In this document: positions 30,479-41,868 of the stretch, piece after piece
Layout: every line of letters starts with the position of its first letter
How positions within the stretch are numbered: the first letter of the stretch is position 1
Origin: an uncultured Chloroflexia bacterium
GTDB lineage: Bacteria; Chloroflexota; Dehalococcoidia; DSTF01; JALHUB01
DNA: 64,000 nucleotides
Assembly: GCA_963726245.1 (NCBI GenBank)
Contig: CAVSBT010000037.1
Span: forward strand, 96,001 to 160,000
Direction of reading: 5' to 3'
Notes under the pieces: generated by a model
Told to the model about the DNA's origin: nothing
The model's database searches: none
The model's input: the letters and a program-made list of their open reading frames with translations, nothing else
Translations under genes and position numbers: made by a program

Positions 30479-31042
30479 ATGAACCGCGCCGAGGCCTGGG
30501 ACCTGCTCTGCGAGTTCACCCAGAGCGATAGCCTGCGCAAGCACGGGCTGGCCGTCGAGGCTGCTATGCGTCGTTACGCCCAACAGCGCGGCGAGGACGA
30601 GGAGAAGTGGGGCATCGTCGGCCTGGTGCACGACTTCGACTACGAGCAGCACCCCACGCTGGACGAGCATCCCTTCGTGGGCGTCGCCATTCTGCGCGAG
30701 CGCGGCTGGCCGGAGGAGGTCGCCCGCGCCGTTCTCGCCCACGGCAACCACACCGGCGTGACACGCGAGAGCCCGATGGAGAAGACGCTCTTCGCCGTGG
30801 ATGAGCTCACCGGCCTCATCACGGCGGTGGCCCTCGTCCGCCCCAGCAAGAGCATCCTTGACGTGGAGCCGTCTTCGGTGCGCAAGAAGATGAAGGACAA
30901 GGCCTTCGCCCGCTCCGTCAACCGCGACGACATCGTCCAGGGCGCCGCGGAACTGGGAGTGGACCTCAACTCCCACATAGAAGAGGTCATCAAGGCCATG
31001 CAGTCGGTGGCTGACGAGCTGGGGCTGCGAGGCGCCGCCTAA
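30479..31042 (+). CDS. HD-domain (HDIG) metal-dependent phosphohydrolase
   Basis: AAGGAGG RBS; LRKH..AVE, GLVHDFDYE, AVDELTG, KKMKDKAFA. Confidence 0.9.
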   Translation: MNRAEAWDLLCEFTQSDSLRKHGLAVEAAMRRYAQQRGEDEEKWGIVGLVHDFDYEQHPTLDEHPFVGVAILRERGWPEEVARAVLAHGNHTGVTRESPMEKTLFAVDELTGLITAVALVRPSKSILDVEPSSVRKKMKDKAFARSVNRDDIVQGAAELGVDLNSHIEEVIKAMQSVADELGLRGAA

Positions 31043-31062
31043 CGAGCCTGGCGGCGAACCAT

Positions 31063-31130
31063 GTAGCCGAGGCTTTCTAGCCTCGGCGTCCCTCACGTGG
31101 CCAGTGGCCAGGCTAGAAAGCCTGGCCTAC
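31063..31130. repeat. REPIN-like doublet between convergent genes
   Basis: GTAGCCGAGGCTTTCTAGCCTCGGC ... GGCCAGGCTAGAAAGCCTGGCCTAC. Confidence 0.8.
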
Positions 31131-31161
31131 GAGTTGCCCGACACCCTCTAACAGCGGGAAG

Positions 31162-31656
31162 CTAGGTCTCCTCCTCTTGGGCTTCCCTGACGACCCAGGC
31201 GGTGGAGACGATGAGGCTGGCCAGCAAGACGATGGCGGAAGCCACACAATAGATGCAGATGGCCTCGAGGACGAAGAGCTCGACGTACGTTAGGTAGGCG
31301 GAGAAGAGGGTGCCGATCAGCGCTAGCCCCCAGAAGGACATCACCGGCCAGACCAAGCCCGCCGGCCGCCACCAGAGCCAGACCAGCGCCGAGGCGGTGA
31401 GCCCCACATAGGAGAGGGCGCCAAGGAAGGCCACCGGGACCCCCGCCATCGTCGCGTATTTGCTGTTATTCACCGACTCGCAGCTCCCGAGGCCCCCGCA
31501 GGCGATGGTAGCTTTGGCCCAGTGCGTATAGGACAGGTAGCTGCTGATGCCCAGGCCGACCAGCGCTAGAGCCAGTAGGAGCGCCGGCACGGCCAGGGCG
31601 AGGCGACGGGCGGCCCGGCTTTCGGTGGCGTCGCTCGCCAGACGTGCCGCTCTCAA
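31162..31656 (-). CDS. Vitamin K epoxide reductase (VKOR) family protein
   Basis: C...SC..V..S.YA...GVPVA..G and CIYC active site; four TM segments. Confidence 0.92.
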   Translation of the reverse strand: MRAARLASDATESRAARRLALAVPALLLALALVGLGISSYLSYTHWAKATIACGGLGSCESVNNSKYATMAGVPVAFLGALSYVGLTASALVWLWWRPAGLVWPVMSFWGLALIGTLFSAYLTYVELFVLEAICIYCVASAIVLLASLIVSTAWVVREAQEEET

Positions 31657-32387
31657 GGGTTCTTCCTCAGCTCTCCCTCGATGACTTTCTTCAGGTCGTC
31701 GTAGGATGACGGCCCCACCACGGTCTGGTCCCCGATGATGAAGGTTGGGGTGCTCTTGACACCCTTGTTCAAGGCATCCTGCGTTTCCGTCTTCACGAGG
31801 TCCTGGTGCTGGTGCGAATCAAGGCACTGGTTGAAGGTAGCCGCGTCGAGCCCCAACTCCGTCGCAAAGCGCTTCAAGTTGTCGGCCGAGAAGCCGCCCT
31901 GGTTCTCACCATGCTGGTTCTCAAACAGCTTGTCGTGGTAGTTCCAGAACTTGCCCTGATCATTCGCGCACTCTGCGGCCTGAGCGGCCAAGTCTGACTC
32001 ATCGCCGATGAAGGCCACGGGCTGGAAGACCAGCTTAGCCCGCCCGTCGGCGACGTAATCTTTCTCGATACTGGGATCCATGGTCCGGGCGGCGCGGGCG
32101 CAGTAGGGACACTGGAAGTCAGAGTACTCATTGATTGTGACGCGGGCGTTATCAGGGCCGAGGGTGCGGCCCTGGGCGGAGACCGTACGCTCCGGTATGG
32201 TGACGTTGCCGTCCGACCCTCCACGGCCGTTGACGATGATCAACGCGACAACTGCGGCGACGGCGCCAATACCGACTACGGCCACAGGCGCCCAGACGCC
32301 CATGCGCTGGAATACCGAGCGGCGAGGCCTTCGCGGTGGCTGTCGCTGAGGCTGCTTCTTCCGGCCCTTGCTACCTCTTCCTGCCAT
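31653..32387 (-). CDS. Membrane-anchored DsbA family thiol-disulfide oxidoreductase
   Basis: YSDFQCPYC, GVKSTPTF, N-terminal TM. Confidence 0.92.
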   Translation of the reverse strand: MAGRGSKGRKKQPQRQPPRRPRRSVFQRMGVWAPVAVVGIGAVAAVVALIIVNGRGGSDGNVTIPERTVSAQGRTLGPDNARVTINEYSDFQCPYCARAARTMDPSIEKDYVADGRAKLVFQPVAFIGDESDLAAQAAECANDQGKFWNYHDKLFENQHGENQGGFSADNLKRFATELGLDAATFNQCLDSHQHQDLVKTETQDALNKGVKSTPTFIIGDQTVVGPSSYDDLKKVIEGELRKNP

Positions 32388-32514
32388 GTGGCCTTCCCCT
32401 TGTAGTCTTCTACGCTCCCGAGGCGTACTTGGACCCGTGCTGGCGAACTCCTGTCCCCTCTTCTCCCGCGCCCATTATACAGGCAGCAACCTCGGACCCG
32501 CGCGGCGGTCTCGC

Positions 32515-33450
32515 CTACGCGCGGGCAGGTGCCCCCTCAAGGAGGAAGTCTTCGATGAGACGCAGGGCAGCCTCGGGCTGCTCCTCCAGAAACAGGTGGC
32601 CGCCCGCTACCAACTCGAGGCGCGAGCCCGCTATGAGCCGGTGCAGGCGTTCCCCCCGCGATGGCGGCAGCCAGTGGTCTTCCTCCCCCCAGACGATCAG
32701 CGTCGGCTGGGTGATGTCGGCCGGACATAGGGGTGGGTCCCGGCGCCAGTGGGCCATGGTGTTGCCCAGAGCACGCAGGTAGCCGCGCATCCTCGCCGGG
32801 CGCATGTACCCCTCTACCACGTCCTCGGTGCAGCGACTGGGATCAGAGTAGCCGCTCTTCAGCGACAGCTCCCGAAAGCGACGGTTATGGAAGGTGAAGG
32901 GGGCTGCCAGCGGCAGCATCCGTCCGATAACGGCCGCGCCCCAGATGCGGCGTCCCAGCTCCAGGTCGCTGGCGCTGGAGGCCAGGATGAGACGCTCGAC
33001 CCGCTGGGGACAGGCCAGGGCCAGGCGCATGGCCACCGCTCCTCCCATCGAGTGGCCCAGCACCGAGGCCTTCTCGATGCCCAGCTCGTCCATGAGCTGG
33101 CGCACGAGCGCCGCCTGAGCGCTAAGCGTGTAGTCGCCTTCGGGGCGTTCGCTGAAGCCGAAGCCTTTCAAGTCGAGCGCCACCACGCGGAGATGGCGGG
33201 CCAGGTCGGGAAGGATGTGGCGAAAGGCAAAAGTAGACGAGCCGAGGCCATGGATCAGGAGTAGCGCCGGACCTTCGCCCGCCTCGACGTAGTGGATGCC
33301 GACACCGTCCACGGAGAGCGTACGGCCCGGCTTCTCGACCTCCGCGAGGTCCAGGCTCTCGTAGCGGCGGATCTCGCGACGCGAATAGGTCCAGAGCCCG
33401 CCGACCATGGCGCCCAGGATGGTCAGAGTGGCTACACGCCTCTTGCCCAC
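32515..33450 (-). CDS. Alpha/beta hydrolase
   Basis: LIHG, DLKGFGFS, GHSMGG, WGEED, GGH. Confidence 0.92.
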   Translation of the reverse strand: MGKRRVATLTILGAMVGGLWTYSRREIRRYESLDLAEVEKPGRTLSVDGVGIHYVEAGEGPALLLIHGLGSSTFAFRHILPDLARHLRVVALDLKGFGFSERPEGDYTLSAQAALVRQLMDELGIEKASVLGHSMGGAVAMRLALACPQRVERLILASSASDLELGRRIWGAAVIGRMLPLAAPFTFHNRRFRELSLKSGYSDPSRCTEDVVEGYMRPARMRGYLRALGNTMAHWRRDPPLCPADITQPTLIVWGEEDHWLPPSRGERLHRLIAGSRLELVAGGHLFLEEQPEAALRLIEDFLLEGAPARA

Positions 33451-33489
33451 CTCAGTCTGCTTCCGACAGCGTGGTTTCCATCAATCCGG

Positions 33490-34206
33490 CTAGCGCACCG
33501 TCTGGCCGGGCTTCATTTCGATGATGCGCAGGCCCGGGATATCGGCCGCCTCCTGACGCAGGGCCTGTGGCGTGCCCGTGAGGACGGGGAAGGTGGCGTA
33601 GTGCATCGGAATCACCATCTTCACTCCCAGCAGCCGGAGGGCATAGGCCGTCTCCCGCGGCGACATGGTGTAGAAATCGCCGATAGGCAGCATCGCCAGT
33701 TCAGGCTTGTACAGCTCGCCGATGATCTTCATGTCGCCGAAGACGCAGGTGTCACCGGCATCGTAGATCTTGAAGCCGTTCTCCAGCTCAATCACGAAGC
33801 CCACAGCCTCGCCGCCGTAGATGACCTTCCCGTCCTCCACGATGCCGCAGGAGTGACTGGCGCCCACCATCGTGACTTTGACGCCGTCCAGGGCTTCGGT
33901 CGTGCCGCCCTTGTTCATGCCGATGGTGTTCTGGACGCCCTTGCCCTCGAGGTAGGTGGCGAGCTCGAAGATGGCGAGGGTCTTGGCGCCCGTGCGCTTA
34001 GCGATGGGCACGGCGTCGGCCATGTGGTCGCCGTGGCCATGCGTGATGAGGATCAGGTCCAGGGAGTCGATCTTCTTCGCTTCTTCGGGGCAGGCCGGGT
34101 TGCTGTCGACCCACGGGTCGAGGAGCAAGTGCTTGCCCCCCGGCGTCGTGATCCGGAACGTCGCGTGCCCAAGCCAGGTGAAGGCGGTATCCTTCCCGAT
34201 ATCCAT
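33490..34206 (-). CDS. Metallo-beta-lactamase-fold hydrolase (UPF0173-like)
   Basis: WLGHA, THGHGDH, MNKGG, AGDT, PIGD..TM, PMHY.TF. Confidence 0.92.
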   Translation of the reverse strand: MDIGKDTAFTWLGHATFRITTPGGKHLLLDPWVDSNPACPEEAKKIDSLDLILITHGHGDHMADAVPIAKRTGAKTLAIFELATYLEGKGVQNTIGMNKGGTTEALDGVKVTMVGASHSCGIVEDGKVIYGGEAVGFVIELENGFKIYDAGDTCVFGDMKIIGELYKPELAMLPIGDFYTMSPRETAYALRLLGVKMVIPMHYATFPVLTGTPQALRQEAADIPGLRIIEMKPGQTVR

Positions 34207-34238
34207 GCCAGACCTCCTGTTCCGCCGGACAGCCGCCG

Positions 34239-35363
<1,125 letters not shown>

Positions 35364-35605
35364 CTCAATCAATCTCCCTTCCCCCCGGCGCCCGTCGATG
35401 AGCGTCGGGACAACGGACAAATCACCACAAGTCTATATGATAAGCTCTGCCGGACCCAAAGGCCAGGTATGACCTGTACGGGCGAAGGAACGCGCTGGTA
35501 CAATAAGCTTGCCGGAGGGCTATTCCGGCGAATCTGAATAGGGCGGGCCATCGTACTTGTTAATAGGACGGATGCTTTTGGGCACCGATCCGGGGCGGGA
35601 CGGCG

Positions 35606-36232
35606 GTGAACTACACGGACTGTCCTGACGAAGAGCTCGTTGAGCAGCTCTGTCGTCAAGACATGGAGGCCTTCGAGGCCCTTTACGATCGGTACGGGAA
35701 CCTCGTCTATTCCGTATCGTTGAGGATTTTGGGAGACGTGCACGCGGCCGAAGATGTGGTTCAAGACGTTTTCCTGCGGGTGTGGCGCAAGCCGGACCAC
35801 TACGACGCCGCGCGCGGCCGTTTCATGACCTGGCTAATGAGTGTGACCCGTAATCGCGCCATCGACGAGCGACGCAGCCGCGGCCGCCGCCTGCGCTTCG
35901 AGGTCGGGTCCGCGCCTCTGGACGGCGAAGGGCCCCAGTCTGACGATGCGGATGATCCCGCCCTGGCCACCCTCCAGGCCGACGAGCGCTCGGCGATACG
36001 TCGCGCCCTGGTCGGCCTGCCTGCGGAGCAGCGCTCCGCCATCGAGCTGGCCTATTACAAAGGACTCACGCAGCAGGAGATCGCGCGGGCCTTGGGTGAG
36101 CCGCTGGGTACGGTGAAGACTCGTATCCGGCTGGGCATGCGGAAGATGCGAGCGGCTCTGACTGAGATGCGCTCCGGACAAGAAGGTCAAGATGAACTGC
36201 GAGGAAGCCCGGGAACTGCTGGACGCCCATAG
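35606..36232 (+). CDS. ECF sigma factor (SigK-like)
   Basis: LYDRY, AEDVVQDVF..VW, LAYYKGLTQQEIA..LGEPLGTVKTRIRLG. Confidence 0.93.
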   Translation: MNYTDCPDEELVEQLCRQDMEAFEALYDRYGNLVYSVSLRILGDVHAAEDVVQDVFLRVWRKPDHYDAARGRFMTWLMSVTRNRAIDERRSRGRRLRFEVGSAPLDGEGPQSDDADDPALATLQADERSAIRRALVGLPAEQRSAIELAYYKGLTQQEIARALGEPLGTVKTRIRLGMRKMRAALTEMRSGQEGQDELRGSPGTAGRP

Positions 36233-37028
36233 CCTGGGCGCCCTCGAGAAGTCTGAAAGCCGGAGGGTGCAGAAGCACCTGGCCCGCTGCGCCGGCTGTC
36301 GACTCCTGCACGATGAGGCTGTAGAGACAACCGCTCTCCTGGCTCTGGCCGCGCCGTTGCGCCGCGCCAGCCCGGCCCTCCGTCTGCGGCTGCGACGGGT
36401 GATGGTGCCGCGGCCGAGACTAGGCTGGTTCCCGACGCCGCGCCTGAGCTGGGCCACTGCGGCCGCTGCGCTTGCCATCGTCTCGCTGGGCGGGATTAGT
36501 TGGGGAGGCTTCCTCCAGACCCAGGTGAACGGCCTGAAGACAGACAACAACCGCTTCGATGTCCTCTACAGCGAGCTCGGGCGGCGAGATGAGACCGTGA
36601 ATGTCCTCCAGAAGGCGCTAACTGACGCTGCCTTCAAACAGCAGAGCCTCCAGGATCTACTGCAGCAGCAGGACCAGGCCATGAGGGTGGTGGCCCTGGA
36701 CAGCCAGGGCCGCGAGGACCTGTCAGCTCGGTGCCGGCCAGCCCGGTCAGAGGTACCTACCTCTGGAGCAATGAGGAGAACATGGGCGTTCTCTTCCTGG
36801 TTAACCTGCCGCAGACTCTCCGGCGGATCGCACCTACCAGCTCTGGGTGCTGAACCAGGACGGCACGCCGGTAAGCGGCGGCATATTCGCCCTCAGTCCG
36901 ATGGCTCGGCGCGGCTGCTCGTGCAAGGGGAGCTGGGCGGCACGCTCACGGGGATGGCCATCACCGTCGAGCCTGCCGGCGGCAGCCAGACGCCCACCGG
37001 GGAGATCATCCTCCAGGGCCGCCGCTAA
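36192..37028 (+). CDS. RskA-like anti-sigma factor (frameshifted)
   Basis: HLARCAGC zinc motif, TM segment, YQLW remnant and C-terminal AITVEPAGGS.TPTG. Confidence 0.85.
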   Translation: MNCEEARELLDAHSLGALEKSESRRVQKHLARCAGCRLLHDEAVETTALLALAAPLRRASPALRLRLRRVMVPRPRLGWFPTPRLSWATAAAALAIVSLGGISWGGFLQTQVNGLKTDNNRFDVLYSELGRRDETVNVLQKALTDAAFKQQSLQDLLQQQDQAMRVVALDSQGREDLSARCRPARSEVPTSGAMRRTWAFSSWLTCRRLSGGSHLPALGAEPGRHAGKRRHIRPQSDGSARLLVQGELGGTLTGMAITVEPAGGSQTPTGEIILQGRR

Positions 37029-37056
37029 CAACTCCTTCCCCACCTCCTGCGACCCA

Positions 37057-37104
37057 TTGACCACGAGACCCATGTCGCGTTATCGTAACTGATACCAGGT
37101 ATCA
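37057..37104 (+). promoter_or_regulatory. Promoter with Fur/Zur-type 7-1-7 operator
   Basis: TTGACC (37057)...TATCGT (37081), then perfect inverted repeat TGATACC-A-GGTATCA (37090-37104). Confidence 0.7.
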
Positions 37105-37107
37105 TCT

Positions 37108-37611
37108 ATGACAGAGCTGGACCTTGCCGCTCAGCGGCTAGAGATGCGCGGACTGCGCGTGACCCCGGCCCGGAGAGCTGTCCTGGCGGCGGTGCTGGCG
37201 GCCGGCCCCCACTTCACCGTGGACGACGTTTGTCAGCGGACGCGCGGGGTGGGACGGGCCACCGTCTTCCGCACCATGCGCCTCCTGCAGGGCCTGGACA
37301 TGGTCTGCCGGGTGCTGCTGGACGACGGCAGCCTCCACTATCGCCTTAGCAGGACCAGGGGCCATCACCACCACCTGGTGTGCACGGGCTGCGGCCGCGT
37401 TGAAGCCTTCACCAATTGCGGCGTTCCCGCCCTGGCCAGCGAGGTGGCGAAGCAGACTGATTACGAGATCGAGGGGCACTGGCTCGAGGTGTATGGACGC
37501 TGCCGCGCCTGCCGTTCGCGCCCGGTGGCCAGGCGGGCGGGTTCGGCAACGGGCAGGACCGGCCTGGCGGCAGGCCGGAGGCGGAACGCAAGGAAGCGGA
37601 GGGTGGTCTGA
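37108..37611 (+). CDS. Fur family regulator, probably Zur
   Basis: RVTPARRAVL, HFT, RATVFRT, HHHHLVCTGC, YGRCRAC; heads a metal ABC operon. Confidence 0.9.
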   Translation: MTELDLAAQRLEMRGLRVTPARRAVLAAVLAAGPHFTVDDVCQRTRGVGRATVFRTMRLLQGLDMVCRVLLDDGSLHYRLSRTRGHHHHLVCTGCGRVEAFTNCGVPALASEVAKQTDYEIEGHWLEVYGRCRACRSRPVARRAGSATGRTGLAAGRRRNARKRRVV

Positions 37612-38426
37612 TGAACCTTGCCCTTCGGGTGGAAGCGGAAGAGGCGCCGGTCACGGTCCGGGGGCTCTGGGCGGGTTACGAGGGCCACGTCGCCCTGGAG
37701 GACGTGAGCTTCAGCCTGGAGAAGGGGAGCCTGGTGGGGCTGGTGGGTCCCAACGGCTCGGGCAAGTCTACCCTTCTCAAAGTCTTGCTCGGCCTCCACC
37801 GACCGTGGCGTGGCTCCATCCGGGTCGGCGGCCTGTCGCCGGCGGCGGGCCGGCGATTCGTCGGCTACGCGCCGCAGTCGGAGCTGGTCGACTGGAACTT
37901 CCCCGTAACCGTCGAGGACGTGGTGGCCATGGGACGCATCGGGCGCCTGCCTGGGCGCGCAGACCTCCGGGCAAGCCTCTGGCCCCGGCCGGATCCGGAG
38001 GAGCGCCGCATCGTGGCGCGGTGCCTGGAGCGCGCGCGTCTGGACTCCCTGGCGAAGCGGCCTATCGGCGAGCTCTCTGGGGGCGAACAGCGGCGCATGC
38101 TCATCGCCCGCGCCCTGGCCCGCGAGCCGGAGGTCCTGCTCCTGGACGAGCCGATGGCCGGCCTGGACGCCACCTCCCAGCACGACGTCCTCGGCCTCTT
38201 CGAGGGGCTGCGCGACGAGGGCAAGACCCTCCTCGTCGCCACCCACGACCTCTCCTGCGTGGCCGGCTGCTTCAACCTGGCCCTCCTTCTCCAGCGACGG
38301 CTGATCGCCTTCGGGCCGCCCTCCGAGGTGTTCACGCACGAAAACCTTAACGCCACCTACGCGGCCCACCTGATCTTTCTGCCCTTCGAGGGCGCGATAT
38401 ACGCCCGCCACCACGGCCATGAATGA
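37611..38426 (+). CDS. Zn/Mn ABC transporter ATP-binding protein (ZnuC-like)
   Basis: GPNGSGKST, VDWNFP, LSGGE, LLLDEP, THDL. Confidence 0.92.
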   Translation: MNLALRVEAEEAPVTVRGLWAGYEGHVALEDVSFSLEKGSLVGLVGPNGSGKSTLLKVLLGLHRPWRGSIRVGGLSPAAGRRFVGYAPQSELVDWNFPVTVEDVVAMGRIGRLPGRADLRASLWPRPDPEERRIVARCLERARLDSLAKRPIGELSGGEQRRMLIARALAREPEVLLLDEPMAGLDATSQHDVLGLFEGLRDEGKTLLVATHDLSCVAGCFNLALLLQRRLIAFGPPSEVFTHENLNATYAAHLIFLPFEGAIYARHHGHE

Positions 38427-39279
38427 CATCTGGCAGTACCTGCGAGAGCCCTTTCAGTTCGCCTTCATGCAGCGCGCCCTGATGGCCACTCTGATGGTGA
38501 GCGTCGTCAGCGCCTGCATCGGCACCTTCGTGGTCCTCAAGGGCCTCGCCTTCATCGGCGACGCGCTGGCTCACGCCTCCTTCGCGGGGGTGGCCACGGC
38601 CTTTGTGCTGGGGGCCAACATCTACGTGGGCGCGGTGATAGCGGTCCTCGTCACGGCGCTCGCCATCGCCCTCGTCGGGGGCCGGGCCCGCGTCAGCTTC
38701 GACACCGCCATCGGCATCCTCTTCGTCGGCGCCTTCGCCCTGGGCATCCTCATCATCAGCCGCCAGACCAACTACACCGTGGACCTGTTTTCTTTCGTAT
38801 TCGGCAACGTCCTGGGCGTAGGCCGCGACGACCTGCTCCTCATCGCCGTCATGGGGCTGGTCGTCCTGACGTTGGTGACTCTGTTCTACCGGCAGCTCCT
38901 CTTCACAGCCTACGACCCCACGATGGCCGCCGCCTCAGGGGTGCCGGTGGGTTTCGTCCAGTACATGCTGCTGGCGATGCTTGGGGTTTCGACCGTGGTG
39001 GCTTTGAAGGCCGTGGGCATCGTCCTCGTCGTGGCCATGCTGGTGACACCGGCGGCGACCGCCAGCCTGCTGGTGCGAAGGGTGCACCACATCATGGCGT
39101 TGGGCGCCGTGGTCGGGGCCATCTCCTCGGTGGTGGGTCTGTACGTTTCCTACTACGCCGAGGTGGCGTCGGGGGCGGCGATCGTCCTGACGGCCACCGT
39201 TCTCTTTCTGCTGGCCTTCCTCTTTTCGCCGCGTCGAGGCCTTCTCGCCGCCGTGCGGACGCCGGTGCCCGGCGGCTAA
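38419..39279 (+). CDS. Zn/Mn ABC transporter permease (ZnuB-like)
   Basis: FMQRAL, GDALAHA, FGNVLG, VG..LV.AML..PAATA. Confidence 0.93.
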   Translation: MNDIWQYLREPFQFAFMQRALMATLMVSVVSACIGTFVVLKGLAFIGDALAHASFAGVATAFVLGANIYVGAVIAVLVTALAIALVGGRARVSFDTAIGILFVGAFALGILIISRQTNYTVDLFSFVFGNVLGVGRDDLLLIAVMGLVVLTLVTLFYRQLLFTAYDPTMAAASGVPVGFVQYMLLAMLGVSTVVALKAVGIVLVVAMLVTPAATASLLVRRVHHIMALGAVVGAISSVVGLYVSYYAEVASGAAIVLTATVLFLLAFLFSPRRGLLAAVRTPVPGG

Positions 39280-39357
39280 GGGTCGGCTTGCCGCCTCTAG
39301 CGCCGTAAGCTAAGCTGGTATTGGAACCTTACGCCCGTTTGTACTGGAGAGATTCCT

Positions 39358-40808
39358 GTGTCCGAAGTCAAACCCGCCGTAGACCGCAAGGCGCGCCTGA
39401 AAATCCCGGCCCAGCCGATGCCCGAGCAGGACCCGGCCATTCGCGTCCACAACTGGGATGAGGCCTATCTGCCGATCGACCTGAAAACAGCAAAGATCGA
39501 GGCCGAGCGCTGCATCCAGTGTCCCGCGGCGCCCTGCACCAAGGCCTGCCCCGTCGAAAACGACATTCCCGGTGCCTTCTGGCTCCTAGAGCACGGCGAT
39601 ATCGCCGGCGCCGCAGACAAGTTCCGCGAGACCAGCAGCCTGCCCGAGATGTGCGGCCGTCTCTGCCCCCAGGAGCGCCTCTGCGAAGGCCACTGCGTGG
39701 TGGGCAAGAACGCCAAGCCCGTCGCCATCGGGCGCCTGGAGGTCTTCGTCACCGACTACCAGCGTGAGAATCTCGGCTTCCCCATGCCGGAGCTGGCGCC
39801 GCCCAGCGGCCGGAGGGTGGCGATCGTGGGCGCGGGTCCCGCCGGCCTGACAGTGGCCGAAGAAATGGCGGTTCGTGGCCACGGCGCTACCATTTTCGAC
39901 GCCTGGCCGGAGCCGGGGGGCATCCTCCTGTACGGCATCCCCAACTTCAAGATGGCGAAGCGCATCCTTGATGAGAAGGTCGACTTCCTGAAGAAGCTCG
40001 GCGTCCGCTTCCTGATGGACACCCACATCGGGGCGGAGGTCACGCTGGAGGACCTCTTCGCCGAGGGCTATGACGCCGTCTTCCTCGGTCACGGCGCCAG
40101 CGTCGGCAACCTGCTCGGCATCGAGAACGACGACCTGGAAGCGGCGTCTACATGGCGACCGACTTCTTGGTGCGGGGCAACCTGAGGCCGGAGCAACTGC
40201 CCGAGGGCCAGCGAGAGCCGGTGCGCGTCGGCAAGCGGGCGCTGGTGATCGGCGGCGGCGACACCGCGATGGACTGTGTGCGCACCGCTGTCCGACTGGG
40301 CGCCGAGGAGGTGCGTTGCGTGTACCGCCGCACAGAGGCGGAGATGCCCGGTCGCATCGACGAGCGCGTCCACGCCCGCGAGGAGGGCGTCATCACAGAC
40401 TTTCTGGTCGCCCCCGTCCGCTTCCTCGGCGACGAGCAGGGACGCGTGAAGGCCGTGGAGTTCCGGCGCATGGAGCTCGGCGAGCCGGACGAGAGCGGCC
40501 GCCGGCGGCCGGTGCCCATCGAGGGCTCCGAGTTCGTCGTCGAGGCTGATACCGTCGTCCTGGCCCTGGGCTACAGCGTCGACCGCATCTTCAGCGATAC
40601 CGTGTCCGGCCTGGAGGCGGACCGCCAGGGTCGCATCGCCGTCGATCCGCAGACGGGTCGAACCAGCGTGCCGGGCGTCTTCGCCGGCGGCGACAACGTC
40701 AACGGCGCCGACCTGGTGGTGACGGCCATAAGAGACGCCCGCCGCGCCGCCAGCGGCATCAACGAGTACCTGCGGTCGCTGGCGCCCCAGCGGGTGGCGG
40801 CCAAGTAG
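39358..40808 (+). CDS. GltD/SudA/NfnB-like NAD(P)-dependent Fe-S flavoprotein (one frameshift)
   Basis: RCIQC...PC..ACP, CGRLCPQERLCE, GAGPAG, YGIPNF, GGGDTAMDC, FAGGD. Confidence 0.9.
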
Positions 40809-40841
40809 GACAGCAGCATCCACAGGAGGGAGACGTGGATC

Positions 40842-41288
40842 ATGGCAGCCATTGAAGTAGGCAAGGAAGCACCCGACTTTACCCTGCGCGACGAGAACCG
40901 CGAGCCTGTGCACTTGAAGGACCTGCGAGGCAGCCCCGTGGTCCTGGTGTTTTACGTCGGCGATTTCGCGCCCGTGTGTACCAACGAGATGTGCGGCTAT
41001 CGCGATGACTACTCTCACTTTCAGGCCAAGGGCGCGCGCGTCTTCGGCATCAGCCGGGACGGCGTCTGGGCCCACAAGGCCTTCAAGGAGAGCCTGGGGC
41101 TCACGTACAGCCTTCTCTCCGACCCCAAGGGAGAGGCGGCCCGCCTGTACGACACCTGGAACGAGAACCTGGCCCTGTCGGAGCGACTCACAGTGGTCGT
41201 GGACAAGGATGGGATCATCCGTTACGTGACCCGCAGCGAGATCCTCAAGCCCAGGGATCACCGGGAGGCTCTGGCGGCCCTGGGCTAG
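40842..41288 (+). CDS. Peroxiredoxin-like (AhpE/BCP type) redoxin
   Basis: APDFTL, VFY...PVCTNEMC, GISRD, LLSD, ER..VVVDKDGII. Confidence 0.85.
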   Translation: MAAIEVGKEAPDFTLRDENREPVHLKDLRGSPVVLVFYVGDFAPVCTNEMCGYRDDYSHFQAKGARVFGISRDGVWAHKAFKESLGLTYSLLSDPKGEAARLYDTWNENLALSERLTVVVDKDGIIRYVTRSEILKPRDHREALAALG

Positions 41289-41427
41289 GGCGAAACCAAA
41301 TGGGCTCTGCGGCACTGAGACCTCCGCAGCTTCCCGAGAAGCTGAGGTGTTTGCAACCCTGCCACCGGAGATGCACCCGAGTGGCCGATGACCATCATCC
41401 CGCATCATTCAACCAGGGGACTCTTGC

Positions 41428-41868
41428 TTGACGCCGGCCGACCTGCCTAACGTCACCGACCTGCCGCGCGGCCACGAGCTGCCGACGGCCCACTTCCGGC
41501 TGGACGCCGGTGACGTCCACCGCTACCTGGAGGCCGTCGAGGACCGCTCCAACGCCTACGGGCAGGGGCCCGAAGGCGGTCCGGCCTGGGTGCCGCCTCT
41601 GGCCGTGGCCACAATGGCCCTGCGCGCTATCCTGGAGCAGGTGAAGCTGCCGGCGGGCGCCGTCCACACCGGCCAGGAGGTCGAGTTCCAGCGCGCCGTC
41701 CCGGTTGGCGCGTCTCTGCGCTCGCAGGCACGGGTGGCGCAGCGCTCCGAGATGCGGGGCGTAGTCGTCTCCGTCGTCGAGTTCGACGTGGCGGAGGATG
41801 GGGCGGCCGCCCCCGCCGTGGTCGGGCGAGCCACCTTGATGGCGCCGCTTGGGGAGTCGGCATCGTGA
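41428..41868 (+). CDS. MaoC-like hot-dog-fold protein
   Basis: VPPLAV...GAVHTGQEVEF; overlaps the next MaoC gene. Confidence 0.75.
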   Translation: MTPADLPNVTDLPRGHELPTAHFRLDAGDVHRYLEAVEDRSNAYGQGPEGGPAWVPPLAVATMALRAILEQVKLPAGAVHTGQEVEFQRAVPVGASLRSQARVAQRSEMRGVVVSVVEFDVAEDGAAAPAVVGRATLMAPLGESAS

